A DNA stretch of 64,000 nucleotides from Octopus vulgaris. Its lineage: Eukaryota. The position numbers and the translations under genes were made by a program. The DNA is taken from the NCBI GenBank assembly GCA_951406725.2, contig OX597814.1, positions 202,864,001 through 202,928,000 of the forward strand, in the 5' to 3' direction. Positions 11,992 to 25,191 of this stretch are shown in pieces (the stretch's first letter is position 1; each line of letters opens with the position of its first letter). The notes beneath the pieces were generated by a model that worked only from the letters and a program-made list of their open reading frames with translations, was not told the origin of the DNA and searched no databases.

Positions 11992-14931
11992 TTAAATATG
12001 CAAAACCACCGCAGACTCGAGGAATTAAGGATTTTTAAATAAGTTTTCTCTCATCTATAAAACATTTTGTTAGTACTTATTTTCTGTATTGTTTTCATGA
12101 CTGATAGATATTTCAACACTCCGATTTTCAGTGGAAAAGTACCGGAAGATATCTGACAAACTAAAACTTTGAGGATAGACTTAGAAAACCTAAATAAAAG
12201 ATGGAACAAGAATTCCAACATTCTTACTTTATTTTGTAGACAATTAACCTTTTCACTTAATTAGCCCCTAGCTGTCTGTCTTTTTCTCCTTTCCCACACC
12301 CCACTCGCTGTCTTTCTCTCTCATTAGTTATTTACAGAGCTGTTCAACATTTCAGATGTTATGTCATGGAACTTACAGACACATTCAACTTCTTTTTCTT
12401 AGTTGGCATTTATCAAATCTTCAATGTTTCTTTATTTCTTTATTAATTTTGATACCAGTTTCAGTAAAATATAGATATATTAATTTATCTTGCAAGATTA
12501 AAACTGTTTAATTGACACATTGGGTGTATGTGTGTGTGTCTCGTTAAACTTCAGTTAGGCTTTTAAATAAAAGTGCAGTAAATTTATTAGTGTAGCTGAC
12601 ATTATTTTCACTCCTAATTGGAAGGTTATGGGTCAGCATAATTGTTTACCATAACTCGTACTGGAAAACTGGAAGTAAATCAACAAAGCCTGTTGACATG
12701 GCAACCAAAATATTAGGTATCAGAATTGGTCGGTCAAATTACATTCCAGTGTTTCTGAAATCACTGGAATATTTAATGAAGTTCAGTTTGCTATTGCATT
12801 TATATCAGTGCAACTAATTAAGCAAACACTTTTTAAAATCAATTATGGTCCACCCTCCATGTTGATAAATATTAATGTTTGTTTCATTAACACAACATTT
12901 CAAAATTATCATTTTTCCTTTACTTACAATAAATAGTAGGAAAGAATTCCAACCACGTTTCTTGGTTCACTATTACCTCAACAGCTTCTTTATAGGATCC
13001 AGTGGCTAAAGACATCATCAGGAGGAAACATGTCCAATTTCAGCCCCTACACCTCTACCATTTCCGACATGGCACCCCACCCCTTTCAGAGGTGTCTTCA
13101 GCACTGGTAGTGAGTGCGTTTTTTTTCCTTTCTACTTTTTTCTTTGACATTTTCTTCTTTGGTTTCTTCAATGTAGCATCACCAAATGTCAGTGGGGCAA
13201 ATGACCATCCTGCCAAATTTCCCTTTAAATACTTGCCAGTAGGCTCCAGCAGCTAGCATCAACTAACTGTCATATGACACTATCTAAGCTTCAACTGACC
13301 AATAAAGGGGAAGGGCACATAGTTTTGGCCCACACCCTCTCTAAACCTACCTTCCAACAGCGTTGTGTTAGTTTCAGTTCCAGCTGCCAGAACCAACATC
13401 AAATCAGTCTTTTATAAAATTTGTAGCAAGTCTGACTCTTTACCTTTTTTTCCACAGTTTCCTCATCAGTATTCTCCTTTTCCTACTTATTTTTCAGATA
13501 TTTTTTCTTTTAGACCTAATTAATTTATTAGAAGAAAAAAAAGGTCTCTGACGACTATTGAACCTCTTTACAAAATGTGTTGAAAATAAATTCTTCTTCT
13601 GAAGCCTCTGTTCTACTTGTACTCCCCAATCCCACTGTTCCCTATAGATAGGCCCCAATACATCTCCAACACCATCTATTTTTCTCTCTCTTTCTCTGAC
13701 TATGTCTCTGTCTCTCCCCTTCCTCTCCTGGGGTAGCTAAGTATCCCAACAACTATCTCCGTCCCTCTGTTATACTCTAACCTCTCACCTGGCTCACACC
13801 CACTTCCCTCAGTTCCACTCCATCTTTCAGCTGAGAGTTTCTTTGTCTTTCAAGCTATTTCTTTATGATGGTGCTTGTTTATGGTACCACATAAAAATCC
13901 CTGGTGCTGGTGCCATGTAAAAAGCACTCAGCATGCTCTACAAAGTTCTTGGTATTAGGAAGGGCATCCAGCTATAGAAACCTTTCCAAAACAGACAACT
14001 GAAGCCTGATGCAGCTCTCTGGCTTTCCAACTCTCTTTGAACCAGCCAACCCATGCCAGCATAGAAAACAGATGTCTGATGATGATAATGAAACACTAGG
14101 ACTTGTAAAGTCGGTTACTCTGTTTCCATGATGTATAAAGTGACCAAGATCACAACATTCCCCTGAATGGAATATCAACCCATTGCAAAGTCTGAGGTCA
14201 GCAAATTTGAAAGGGTAGGGTCAGTCAATTACACAGACCCCAGTACTTGGCAGGTACTTTATTTTATTGACACTGGAGGGATGAAAGGCAAAGTTGACTA
14301 CGGCAGGATATGAACTCACGGTGTAAGGATCTGAAAGAGATGCCACTAAGCACGTCTGATGTGCTGATAATTTCACCTTCGTGTTGCCTTATTTGGGAAA
14401 AGATAAAGACAGAAAAAGAAAAACGTTCTAGACAGAATTAACAATGATTGATAACTACATAGGTGGGAAAATGTCTGCTGTATTGGAAGATAAAGAATTT
14501 TAAATGACTGACACTATATAACTGTGAAATTTGGGCAATAGAAATAAATTCACAAGGCTTGAGAAAAAAAGTGTCAAGTATTATTTGGTGAATGTTTGAT
14601 GTGAACTTTGATCTGAATACAAGTATAAATCTCCATCTTTGAAACATGACAACTTTAATGGGAACATAAGACTCTAGCCATTCAACTATGGAAGACCTGA
14701 AGTGTTATAGTTAACGTGACACTGTATAACAACTCAAGACAAAATGAGATGTGATTCCCAGAATTCTTGACTATTAAGATTGCATGCAACTGTGAATATT
14801 GTCTCACCTTTCTTGGGATATAAAGTAAACAGAAATGTAATTTAAAATGTTCATGATAATTTTACATCCACTCTCTATTCTGGCATGGGTTGGTCGGGTC
14901 CTTCTGGTCTGAACTGGTTCTTACTGGAGTT

Positions 14932-15256
14932 AACTGGCACTCCATCGGTTATGGCAACGAGGGTGTCAGTTGATCTGATCAAATAGAACAGTCTGCTCAT
15001 GAAATTAACATGCAAGTGGCTGAGTACTCCACAGACATGCATACTCTTAATGTAATTCTCAGGTAGATTCAGCTTGAAACAGAGTGTGACAAGGATGACC
15101 CTTTGAATTACAGGTACAATTCATTTTTGCCAGCTGAATTGACTGGAGCAATGTGAAATAAAATGTCTTGCTTGAAAACATGTGTAGCCAGGAATTGAAC
15201 TCACAAGCTTATGATTATGACTCAAATACCCTAACCACTAAGCTACATGTCCCCAC
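14932..15256 (-). mobile_element. tRNA-derived SINE family R2
   Basis: Head tagcttagtggttagggtatttgagtc...gagttcaattcc. Shares the ttatttcacattgctccagt...cagctg block with R1 but has a different 3' half. Confidence 0.8.
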
Positions 15257-16208
15257 TTATTGATTTACTGTTCTCTTAGATGGGTCGAATCACCACATCT
15301 TGTTCACACATGGCATGGTTTCTACAGTTGGATGCCCTCTTCCTGACACTAACCACTTTACTTTTTATTGTAGTACCAACACCAGAGAAGTTGTCATGTC
15401 CTTAACAAGAATGAAAGATTCTCTGAACCCCATTCAGAAGGTACTGGTGTACTGTGGCAATCCATTGTGCATACTTGTGTGTCAACATTCTGTACTTACT
15501 CCTGAAAACTTGCTGAACACTGGACACTGAAATCTGTTGACATTTCCTTGTGAGCAAATCATCTGGTAGCTTGGTGCTTTCAAAGACAAGTCACTAACCC
15601 TTCCTTGAAAAAACAAGGGTTAGTGACAGGAAGGACATTCAGTTGTAAATACAATGCTTTAGTAATATCCGTTCATCTAACTAACCCATGCCAGCATAGA
15701 AAAATAGAACAAACATATCTTATCTCTTACCGTCTTATATTTGTTTCAGTCATCTGGATTGTGGCCAAGATGGGACATACTTCAAGTTTTAGTTAAACAG
15801 ACCCCCCCCCCCATACTTATTCAATTGCTCCCTTTGTTGCTGTTTTGGTATCTGAGCAAACCAATACTAATTGTCAAGTGGTGGTGGTGGTTTCCATCTA
15901 CCAAATTCACTCACAAGGCATTAGTTACAATACTTTCCCAAGCTGTTGCGCTGTGGGACGGAACCCAAAGCCACATGAGTGCCAAGTGACACACACATGC
16001 TCTCACATACATACACTTATGTTGTTATTATTTTTATGATAGTGAAATATGCTTAACATTTATTGACAGCAAAGCAAAATATCAAATATATTATGTTTGT
16101 TATATGTCACTCATATGGAGTTTTCTATTACTGTAACAGACTCCAATTTAAAACCAGGAAGCAGTAATGATTAGTGGAATGGTAATTTCGCTCAAAATTA
16201 TTACTGAC

Positions 16209-16356
16209 CATATTGAGGTATAGTTGTCTTTTGTTCCCATTTGTGGAATTTGAAGAATGCCTGATGAAATTCCACTCGGGTCATTATTTGATTTATGATT
16301 CCAAACGGTAATATTTGAACTTGGAAATACAAAAAAAGTCAAAGCATCAGAGATTG
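16209..16356 (-). CDS. Putative internal coding exon: (x)ISDALTFFVFPSSNITVWNHKSNNDPSGISSGILQIPQMGTKDNYTSI(W)
   Basis: Acceptor tttatatctttgaattacag|, donor TG|gtcagt. 148 nt, only one open frame (phase 1 in, phase 2 out), unique sequence within AT-rich flanks. Confidence 0.6.
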
Positions 16357-17184
16357 CTGTAATTCAAAGATATAAATTATAATTAAATGATATGATTCAT
16401 TATTGTCAATGAGTGAAATTTAAATTCATTACATTAGGAATTTTTAAAAAATTCTGTTATTGTTATATATTCATTGTAAAGAAAATAGGTGATTCTACAA
16501 ACCAGACTCATCCCTATCATAAATATAAATGTCCAATCTTTATAGATATTAAAATTCACATATAAAGTAAATTCTTTTATATTTTATTTAATTATTGCTT
16601 CAATTTTTCTTTTTTTTTTTTCTCTTCTATTGTTTTTTTACCAGTGAAGATGAAAATAGCCAAATATTTTGTTTATATTTTCCCCAAAAACAACAATAAA
16701 TTGGGTTCAAAATATCAAATAATTTATTTTATTTTCTAAAAAGAGAAACTTTATTTCTCAAAATGAAATTAAAATTTCACTTTCATTTATAATTTTTGTT
16801 TGTTTTTTTTAAAAAAAGATTCTCTAATATAATTCCATTCTTTGTAATTTAATTTGTCCCATTTTTTTTTTTTTTTTTAATCATATAATTTAGATGGTGC
16901 AAGTGTATGAGTTGCCATAGATTTTCATCTCTAAAGCTTTTCACTGCCTGGTGAGGTCAAAGGGCAATTGTTATTGGACTTGAACCTCTATAGATTAATG
17001 TCTGAAGGAGAAATATAGGAATTGGTAAAGTTCCATTGAAAGTATTACCGTTCTTGTTATATAAAGGTTTGGGAGGAAATATTTATTGCTTTGTTCTTGG
17101 AGGTGAGACTCAGTAGGGATAATGAAATGAAGAGAGCCAGGGGAATCAGGTGATAAAATACATACTATTTAAAGAACCAGGAAA

Positions 17185-17233
17185 AGTAGCAGCAGTAGTG
17201 GTGGTGGTAATAGTAGTGGTGGTGGTGGTAGTG

Positions 17234-17289
<56 letters not shown>

Positions 17290-17551
17290 GGTGGTACTAG
17301 TAGTTGTAGTGGTGGTGGTGGTGGTGGTGGTGGTACTAGTAGTTGTAGTGGTGGTGGTGGTACTAGTAGTTGTAGTGGTGGTGGTGGTGGTGGTGGTGGT
17401 GGTGGTACTAGTAGTTGTAGTGGTGGTGGTGGTGGTGGTGGTACTAGTAGTTGTAGTAGTAGTGGTGGTGGTGGTACTAGTAGTTGTAGTAGTAGTGGTG
17501 GTGGTACTAGTAGTTGTAGTAGTAGCAGTAGTAGTGGTAGTAGTAGTAGTA
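17185..17551. repeat. Compound (GTA)n/(GTG)n microsatellite with a higher-order unit (gtg)n-gtactagtagttgta
   Basis: Direct reading. Explains the poly-Val and poly-Pro/Leu ORFs. Confidence 0.95.
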
Positions 17552-17947
17552 TCAAAGAGGTTGTATTAGCATGCAGCTGATTGCAATGTTTTGCAGTGCA
17601 GATGTTTGCCAATCAGTCAGGTGACCAGTGTCTGTGTGTCTAGCAGTAGTTTTGTTCTTGATATGTCAGCTATTCTCATATAAAGGAGTTTACTTTGTTT
17701 CAGTATGTGCATTTAGAACTGAAGAAGTTTCCGACTTGGAAAAGGAAGCGTATGCCTTTGAGGTGCAATTTGTTTTTTTAAATTGTCTGTTGGCACCATG
17801 AAAGGTCAGAAGAGATTGTGAGTTTAGCATTTGTAAATTTCAGGAAAATTTTGTTTCACAGTTATTCATGATTAAAAGAGAGAATAGTATTGTTTCATTG
17901 GTATGTGTAATGGCTGTGTTCTGTGTACTGCTGAAGGAAATTTGTTG

Positions 17948-18247
17948 CATGGCACGTAAAAAGCACCATCCAATCGTGGCCGTTTACCAGCCTCGCCTGC
18001 CTCTGTGCCAGTGGCACGTAAAAAGCACCATCTGACCGTGGCCGTTTGCCAGCCTCGCCTGGCACGTAAAAAGCACCCACTACACTCATGGAGTGGTTGG
18101 CGTTAGGAAGGGCATCCAGCCGTAGAAACATTGCCAGATCAGACTGGGCCTGGTGCAGCCTTCTGGCTTCCCAGACCCCAGTTACACTGTCCAACCCATG
18201 CCAGCATGGAAAGTGGATGCTAAACGATGATGATGATGATGATGATG
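17948..18247 (+). mobile_element. Family C RTE-like 3' end, well-preserved copy
   Basis: Three ggcacgtaaaaagcacc units, conserved core, long (GAT)n tail, CpGs retained. Confidence 0.9.
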
Positions 18248-18255
18248 CAATATAT

Positions 18256-18484
18256 ATTTCTTTATTGCCCACAGGGGGCTAAACATAGAGGGGACAAACA
18301 AGGACAGACAAAGGGATTAAATCGATTACATCGACCCCAGTGCGAAACTGGTACTTATTTATCGACCCTGAAAGGATGAAAGGCAAAGTCGACCTCGGCG
18401 GAATTTGAACTTAGAGCGTAACGACAGATGAAATACTGCTAAGCATTTCGCCCGGAGTGCTAACATTTCTGCCAGCTCACCACC
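18256..18484 (-). mobile_element. SINE family B, tail-to-tail with the family C copy
   Basis: Near-identical to 63092-63320 and 2458-2690. Confidence 0.9.
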
Positions 18485-18925
18485 ATTGTTGCAGGAAATA
18501 TAATTAGAATCAAAGTAAGCAGTAAACACGGTGCCTTTATTATCCTATATATTGCTTATAGAACCTTTTTGGATAAGGAGAAACATTCAGAATGTTGATA
18601 CTCTCCCTAGTAAGGGACCATAAAACCTATTTGTAATTTGGAATGTAAGAGATCCCTAATCTTAGATTTATTGTGTGGTAGATTGAAAACTTTGAAGGAG
18701 AGAACTTTCCTCCTTGTAATCACTATCAAGGGTCCAAATGCATGTTGAGTTCTATTTTGGGTATTTGGGTTATGAACATTTTGGGTTCAGTCTCACTACA
18801 AGGTGGTACCTTGGGCAAGTATCTTCTGCTATAGCCTTGGGTCAACCAAAGCCTTGTGAATGGACTTGATTGATGGAAACTGAAAGAAGCACATCGTAAA
18901 TATATATATATATATATTTACTGTA

Positions 18926-19180
18926 GGATAAAATTTTTTTTGAAAAAAATTTTATCAAATATTAAAAAATACCTTTAACGGTTAACGGATAAAATTTTTT
19001 TTGAAAAAAATTTTATCAAATATTAAAAAATACCTTTAACGGTTAAAATTATAAACAACTTATAAATAAGGGTAAACAAAAAAATTTCTAATGCCAAATA
19101 TGCCGAAAATTCAGGTCCAATTTTCGGCACATTTGGCATTAGAAATTTTTTCGTTTGCCCTTATTTATAAGTTGTGTATA
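18926..19180. repeat. 61-bp-period tandem duplication plus a 62-bp-arm inverted repeat, inserted in the (TA)n of a SINE
   Basis: Direct units at 18926 and 18987. Arms 19050-19111 and 19119-19180 with 4 mismatches and a 7-nt loop. Confidence 0.9.
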
Positions 19181-20084
19181 TATATATATATATATATATA
19201 TGCTTGTGTGTGAATGGACGTTTGTGTTTCTTTGCATCTGTGCTTTTTCACACAAAATCACTGCACCAACAATTTGCTAGTTTTATACCTTTGAAATGTG
19301 CAGAATAAAGTATCCATTACTTGAAAGTAGATAGGGGTTGGTGACCAGAAGGGTGTCAGGCTATAAGACAGAAGCTCAGTAATGTAACCAAAACAAAACT
19401 TTGTCTTGTTTGGAGGATGTGGAGGTACTTATCAAAAAGCATAACTTTAGTCACCAGTCTTTGGTGGTTCCATGTTGAAATATATTTACTGTCAACATAG
19501 GAATGTCAGACTGTTGACCAATTAGCTGACTTAATATCTAAAAAATCAAACAGAACTTTACCTGCAGAGGAGTGGTGGGGGGTCATGTTTGATTCCTTGT
19601 CACTCTAGTATATGATACAATAAGTATTGGTCAGTCTAAAGTTCATGAGAAGAGACGGACTTCAGAACTTAAAAATGGTAAAACAGAATACGGCTGCTGG
19701 TAATGTTAATAAACTGAAAGCTGCCTGTAACTCTCCTAAGATACTAATTATTTTAAAGTACCTTCCTTGCTGGATACCACGTATACCACTTGTTACAGTC
19801 AGACATTTAAAACTTATTTATTAAAAGCTTTTTAGCTGTAAAGTAGGTTTTAGCTCTGAAGTAGAAACTTTTCATCTTGAAGGATGATTATCTTATAAAT
19901 TCACAAACCTTTATATGTAAGTGTATGCGATTATATTCGGTGCTTACTGTTCAATAATTTCTTACTTAGTTTATTCCTGTTTAGATTTTAGAGTGCTTTG
20001 AAAAAGTCTCTGGTCATTCTCTTTCTTCCACACAATTACAAAACTGAAGAAATAAGTTCAATTTCCTGGAAGACAAATATTGCT

Positions 20085-20425
20085 AGACTACCCTCTGACT
20101 GGCCCCCGTGCTGGTGGCACATAAAAAGCACCATCCAAATGTGGTTGAGGCCAGTGCCCTCTGACTGGCCCCCATGCCAGCGTCATGTAAAAAGCACTAT
20201 CTGAACGTGATCAATGTCAGACCCACCTAACTGTCTCCTGTTCCAGTGGCACATAAAAAGCACCCACTACACTCGCGGAGTGGTTGGCATTAGGAAGGGC
20301 ATCCAGCTGTAGAAACTCTGCCAGATCAGATTGGAGCCTGGTGCAGCTGCTGGCTCTCCAAACCTCAGTCAAACCATCCAACCCATGCCAGCATGGAAAA
20401 CAGACATTAAACGATGATGCTGATG
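20085..20425 (+). mobile_element. Family C RTE-like 3' end
   Basis: Three internal tandem units, core and GAT tail. Further copies near 13865-14090, 21835-22118, 22525-22978, 36262-36645, 46272-46510 (-), 50577-50880 (-), 55090-55362, 56508-56780 (-) and 57740-57955. Confidence 0.9.
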
Positions 20426-20612
20426 AGGAGAATGTCATGCTAAACAGTAACAAGAATCCAAACTAGGGACCTCATTAGATCATTGGCATCAAGGGTCTGA
20501 GGACAAGTATGGAATCTTCCTATTCAAATATTTCTTATCAGACTTTGTTTAACTGTATCTAATAAGAAACTTTGTAGTGGTTGCTTTCAATATTGAGACA
20601 CACGCACACACA

Positions 20613-20651
<39 letters not shown>

Positions 20652-20949
20652 GCCCATTGTAGCCATTCTTTCTAATTTCTCTATAAATGTGAATGTTTTG
20701 TCTTCAATTCCCCCTTATCCAATATGTTGGTTGGATTTGTCATCAAGGTATTATCTTACTTGTTTATACCAGTTCAAAATTTTATCTGAAGATGGTGGAT
20801 TGTATGATGTAATTTATGAATGCATCAATAAAACTCTCAAAGGTGAAATGATACTAAAACATTTTATAATCAAACCCCAGGCTGACCAAAACTTTGTCAC
20901 AGAATTAGGTAGATGAAAACTGAAAGTGCTCTATGTATGTATGTGGGTG

Positions 20950-21379
20950 CAGTGCAAGATTAATCATTAAGCAAAATGATCACATGCTTAGGGCATCAAA
21001 AGAAGGGGAGGGGCACCACAGAAATAGTAAATGGTTTACAGCACAAAAGAAATCACTACAAACATGCTAAATTAATATTTCGGTTGCCTTATCTCTAGTA
21101 AATATATGAGTAGATGTGTTACGTGAGATAAATTTTGAGGATCTGATCAAAGATTTTGCAATTAAAAAAAAGTAGAAAACTTTTCCAATATAAATAAAGT
21201 GGAAGTTTACAGAAATTAACATTATTTTCCATCTTACTGTTTGTTTTGCTTCATTTTGAAAAGATGGAAAGTGAAAAATTATTTTATGGTTAATTATTGT
21301 TTATATTTTGAATTATGGTACAGGGATCACCAAAATCTTTTAGGTGCTTAAGGCCTCTAAAGATCTTAATCCAGCCCTA
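20950..21379. mobile_element. hAT-like MITE, copy 1
   Basis: Degenerate TIRs cagtgcaagattaa / ttaatccagcccta. Internal sequence is collinear with 34524-35269. Confidence 0.75.
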
Positions 21380-22128
21380 TGTGTGGTGTGTCCTTGCCTT
21401 GGTATGCAATAGTAGTAAGCAAGCAGCGCATCATCATCATACAAGCAATGTCCTTAGTTTTTGACCTCCCATAGAAACTTGTTTGGAAACAGGTGAAGTT
21501 CGGCAACAGGAAGGGCACTAAATTATGATATAACACAAATATAACCAACTGTTGTTAGGTGGGGCATTTATGTTTTATATAGATTATTCTTTTATCCTTT
21601 TAATTGTTTCAGTCATTTGACTGCGAGCACGGTGGAATTGATAGAAGAGAGTACCAGTTGAACACTGGGGTCAATGTAATTGACTTACTCCCTCCCCTAA
21701 AATTGCCGGCCATATGCTAAAATGTGAAACCAATATTTTATCACACTTCTCCCAAAATATCTGTTTGTTTCTACAAATGTACCAAAAGTTGTGAAACTAT
21801 TTCACGGGTTTCACTAAAAATTACTTCTAATATTCGAGCGAGGTCGTTGTCAGTGCCGCTGGATTGGCTCCTGTGCAGGTGGCACATAAAAAACATCATT
21901 TGAGCATGGCTGCTGCCAGTACCGCCTGACTGACCCTCGTACCGGTGGCACGTAAAAGCACCCAATTCATTCTCGGAGTGGTTGGCGTTAGGAAGGGCAT
22001 CCAGCTGTAGAAACTCTGCCAGATCAGATTGGAGCCTGGTGCAGCTATCTGGCTCGCCAGTCCTCAGTCAAATCGTCCAACCCATGCCAGCATGGAAAGC
22101 GGATGTTAAATGATGATTATTATTATTA

Positions 22129-22166
<38 letters not shown>

Positions 22167-23017
22167 TCAAAGACTATAAAAGTACATTGATACATTCCCA
22201 TTTTGAAAGTGATTTGAAAGATGCAAAACCATTTTGTTTTTCTTAAAATTATCTCCTGACTAAATTTATTTCTAATTATAACCATAAATTGCACAAAATA
22301 GAAATAGTGGCATTGATATTTTATATGTGTTGCTATCATTCTTATTTCTGGTGGTTAAAAAACTCCTCATAAACAATTTAACGTCATTTTTTTCTTTTAC
22401 TTATAAATCTTCTAATACTTTATTTCATACTTTTATCATTTAAATTAAAAATGCTTCATGCATACGTACATATGCACTACCAATACCTGCATACAAATTC
22501 CAAATTGTAACTATATGTATATATAAGCCAAGCAAAATTGCAGTCATGGAAGATACTAGTGTTACGCAAATTGGCACCCATGCTGGTAGCATTTAAACAC
22601 ACCCCAGTATCACATGAATGGCACCCATGCCGGTGGCACATAAAAGCACCCTTTGCACTCTCGGAGTGGTTGGTGTTAGGAAGGGCATCTAGCCATAGAA
22701 AATCATGCCAAATTAGACAGGAGTCTGGTGCAGCCTTCCAGCATGCCAGCTCAGTCAAACCATCCAACTCATGCCAGCATGGACAACAGACGTTAAATGA
22801 TGACGATGATGAAGAGGATATATACATATGGTTGGCATTAAGAAGGGCATCCAGCCGTAGAAAACCATGCCAAATCAGACTGGAATCTGGTGCAGCCTTC
22901 CAGCTTACCAGCCTTGGTCAAACCACCCAACCCATGCCAGCATATACAATGGACGTTAAATGAAGAAGAAGCAGAAGAAGATACACAAATATCTATCTAT
23001 CTATCTATCTATCTATC

Positions 23018-23219
23018 TAGATTGCCATGTTGAATCGCTAGCTTCTGCACGCATTTTTTTTCTCTCCGTGTTTCTTTTCTGTGTATCTTTCTGTTGAAGA
23101 GCGTAGGCTCAAAACGTAAAAGACTTGTTTTATTTATTTTCCTGAGCGCTATACTAATACAATTGTTTGTTTGTACTCCACCTGCCTTCGTCTTTTGTTT
23201 AATTTCAAAAAGCTTCCCG

Positions 23220-23220
<1 letters not shown>
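23018..23220 (+). mobile_element. Penelope-like element pseudo-LTR remnant between microsatellites
   Basis: ctgttgaagagcgtaggctcaaaacgtaaaagac motif shared with 35708-35886 and 54778-54920 (-). Abuts (TA)n. The PLE assignment is from motif resemblance only. Confidence 0.6.
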
Positions 23221-23276
<56 letters not shown>

Positions 23277-23405
23277 TGCATTCTCTTCTGATATTCATAT
23301 ATTCATTTTTATTTTTTCTTTTACATTTCATTATATGTAAACCCCAAACACTTTCTGTCTTGTGTTGTCCCCCTCATCCTTTGCCCTGGTGGCAAATGAA
23401 AGAAA

Positions 23406-23441
<36 letters not shown>

Positions 23442-23723
23442 GTGTTTCTGCTTAAATTTTATATTTAATCAAGATTTGAATTAAAAACACTTAAATGAAT
23501 GATGCAAAGATTCCATGAAGATTAAGCATTCCCATTTTAAAATGCAGTCCTTGAGTCATGCAGTTTCACCTACATTTGTCTAGGAGTTTATTTATCTATT
23601 TTATATTCAGTCTCCCAAAAAATCAAATAAAAGATGCACAGTTACCATTATGTGGGAAATATATCAATACTATGCCTGTTTTGTTTGTGCATTTTGGAAA
23701 ACACACACACATTGATACATACA

Positions 23724-23774
<51 letters not shown>

Positions 23775-24315
23775 TATATAGTATGTAGTATTTTAGTAGA
23801 GATTGATTTGAACTGAAATTCCATTTGATGTTTTTATTCATCATAATATAATGATATATCGACAAGTTAAATCCAGAAGATCAAAATTATTTGAAGATAT
23901 CATAAATACACTTTTGTCTTGCTGACAAAAGGTTATTGATTCTGTCATTACTTATTTTGATGAATAAATTTCATTTTTGATGCTGCATAGCTTTCAGTTT
24001 TCAAGAAAAATACTTTCTATCGCTTTTTTTCCTTTTTCCATTTTCCTTTCTTTTTTTTTCAAACCAGTATAGATTATGTGAGTGTGCAAGGCCGTGTAAA
24101 ACAAAGTTATGGAGTTACGAAGATGTAAGTGTGTGACTGTGTGAATGCTAAGAATAAAGGAGAGAATAGAATGCTTCCATATGAATTAAATACATCTTTA
24201 ATCTGTTCATGTATGTACTTATTCACATTGTGTACTCGTATTTACAGCAGAGATCTCATTTATGCTGCTTGTTACATGCACAAGCCTAATGCACTTTATA
24301 CATATATATATTTAC

Positions 24316-24371
<56 letters not shown>

Positions 24372-24963
24372 TACAGTGTACATTCAAACACATAAGAGAT
24401 AACCAATAATAGGATATCTGACTCACTAGAAAGAGCAGTTAAAACTCCAAGCCACTAATAGTTGCAATTCTGAAAGGGAATGAAAAATAAAAACATTTAC
24501 CCTATTTTTCCTAGACTATGCATAGTTTCTGCAATCTTATATAATTTAAAATAAAGTAATTCTAATTTATATCTGGTGCTGCTTCGTCAGTAGGATGTAA
24601 AATTTTCCTTCTCGCTGACCACTGGTAACAAAGTATTTTTTAATAAATATTTTTGCTACCCTAAGATTTTTTAAATATATATATTTATTTATATATTATG
24701 ATTGTGTTAGTGGTATTAACTTTGCACATCTAAAATGCACATATGTGAGTAAGTGCACATTTGTGATAAATGCATTTTTATTACAAATATTAGAAATATG
24801 TATTGTTGCATCACAGTTTCTGCTGTATGAGGACCCAATCCAGAGCAGAAGCCTCTACATCAGCAATTCTCGACATGGGATCTAGACCTCCCAGTGTTTC
24901 CGCAAGGTAATAGTGGGTGGGCTCTTTGGGCTTCATTCAAGTTTCTTTTTTCTTTTTTGTTAA

Positions 24964-25191
24964 CCCTTTAGCATTCAGTTTACTCTGTCAAGTGTAATGC
25001 TTTATTTCTTCACATGGTTTTGAATTAATCATGCATTATCTTGTAGCTTTGAAATTTTGATGATTTGCTTGTTTATTTTTAGAATGACATTGTAGGGTAA
25101 GTGTGATAGGTTGGATTTAGCTATAGGTTGGTTTCAACGCAAAACATGTAGAACATTTGGGCTGGATATGGCCAGTTTAAATGCTAAAGGG
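24964..25191. mobile_element. piggyBac-like MITE (228 bp)
   Basis: TTAA at 24960-24963 and 25192-25195. Perfect 12-bp TIR ccctttagcatt / aatgctaaaggg. Confidence 0.9.

Noticed and set aside
17150-17612. Poly-Val and Pro/Leu-rich ORFs
   Set aside because: Translation of a GTA/GTG microsatellite.
22160-22235. GMYQC resembling the Ig-domain GxYxC motif on the minus strand
   Set aside because: No conserved Asp and no usable splice sites, and it runs into an (ATT)n tract.
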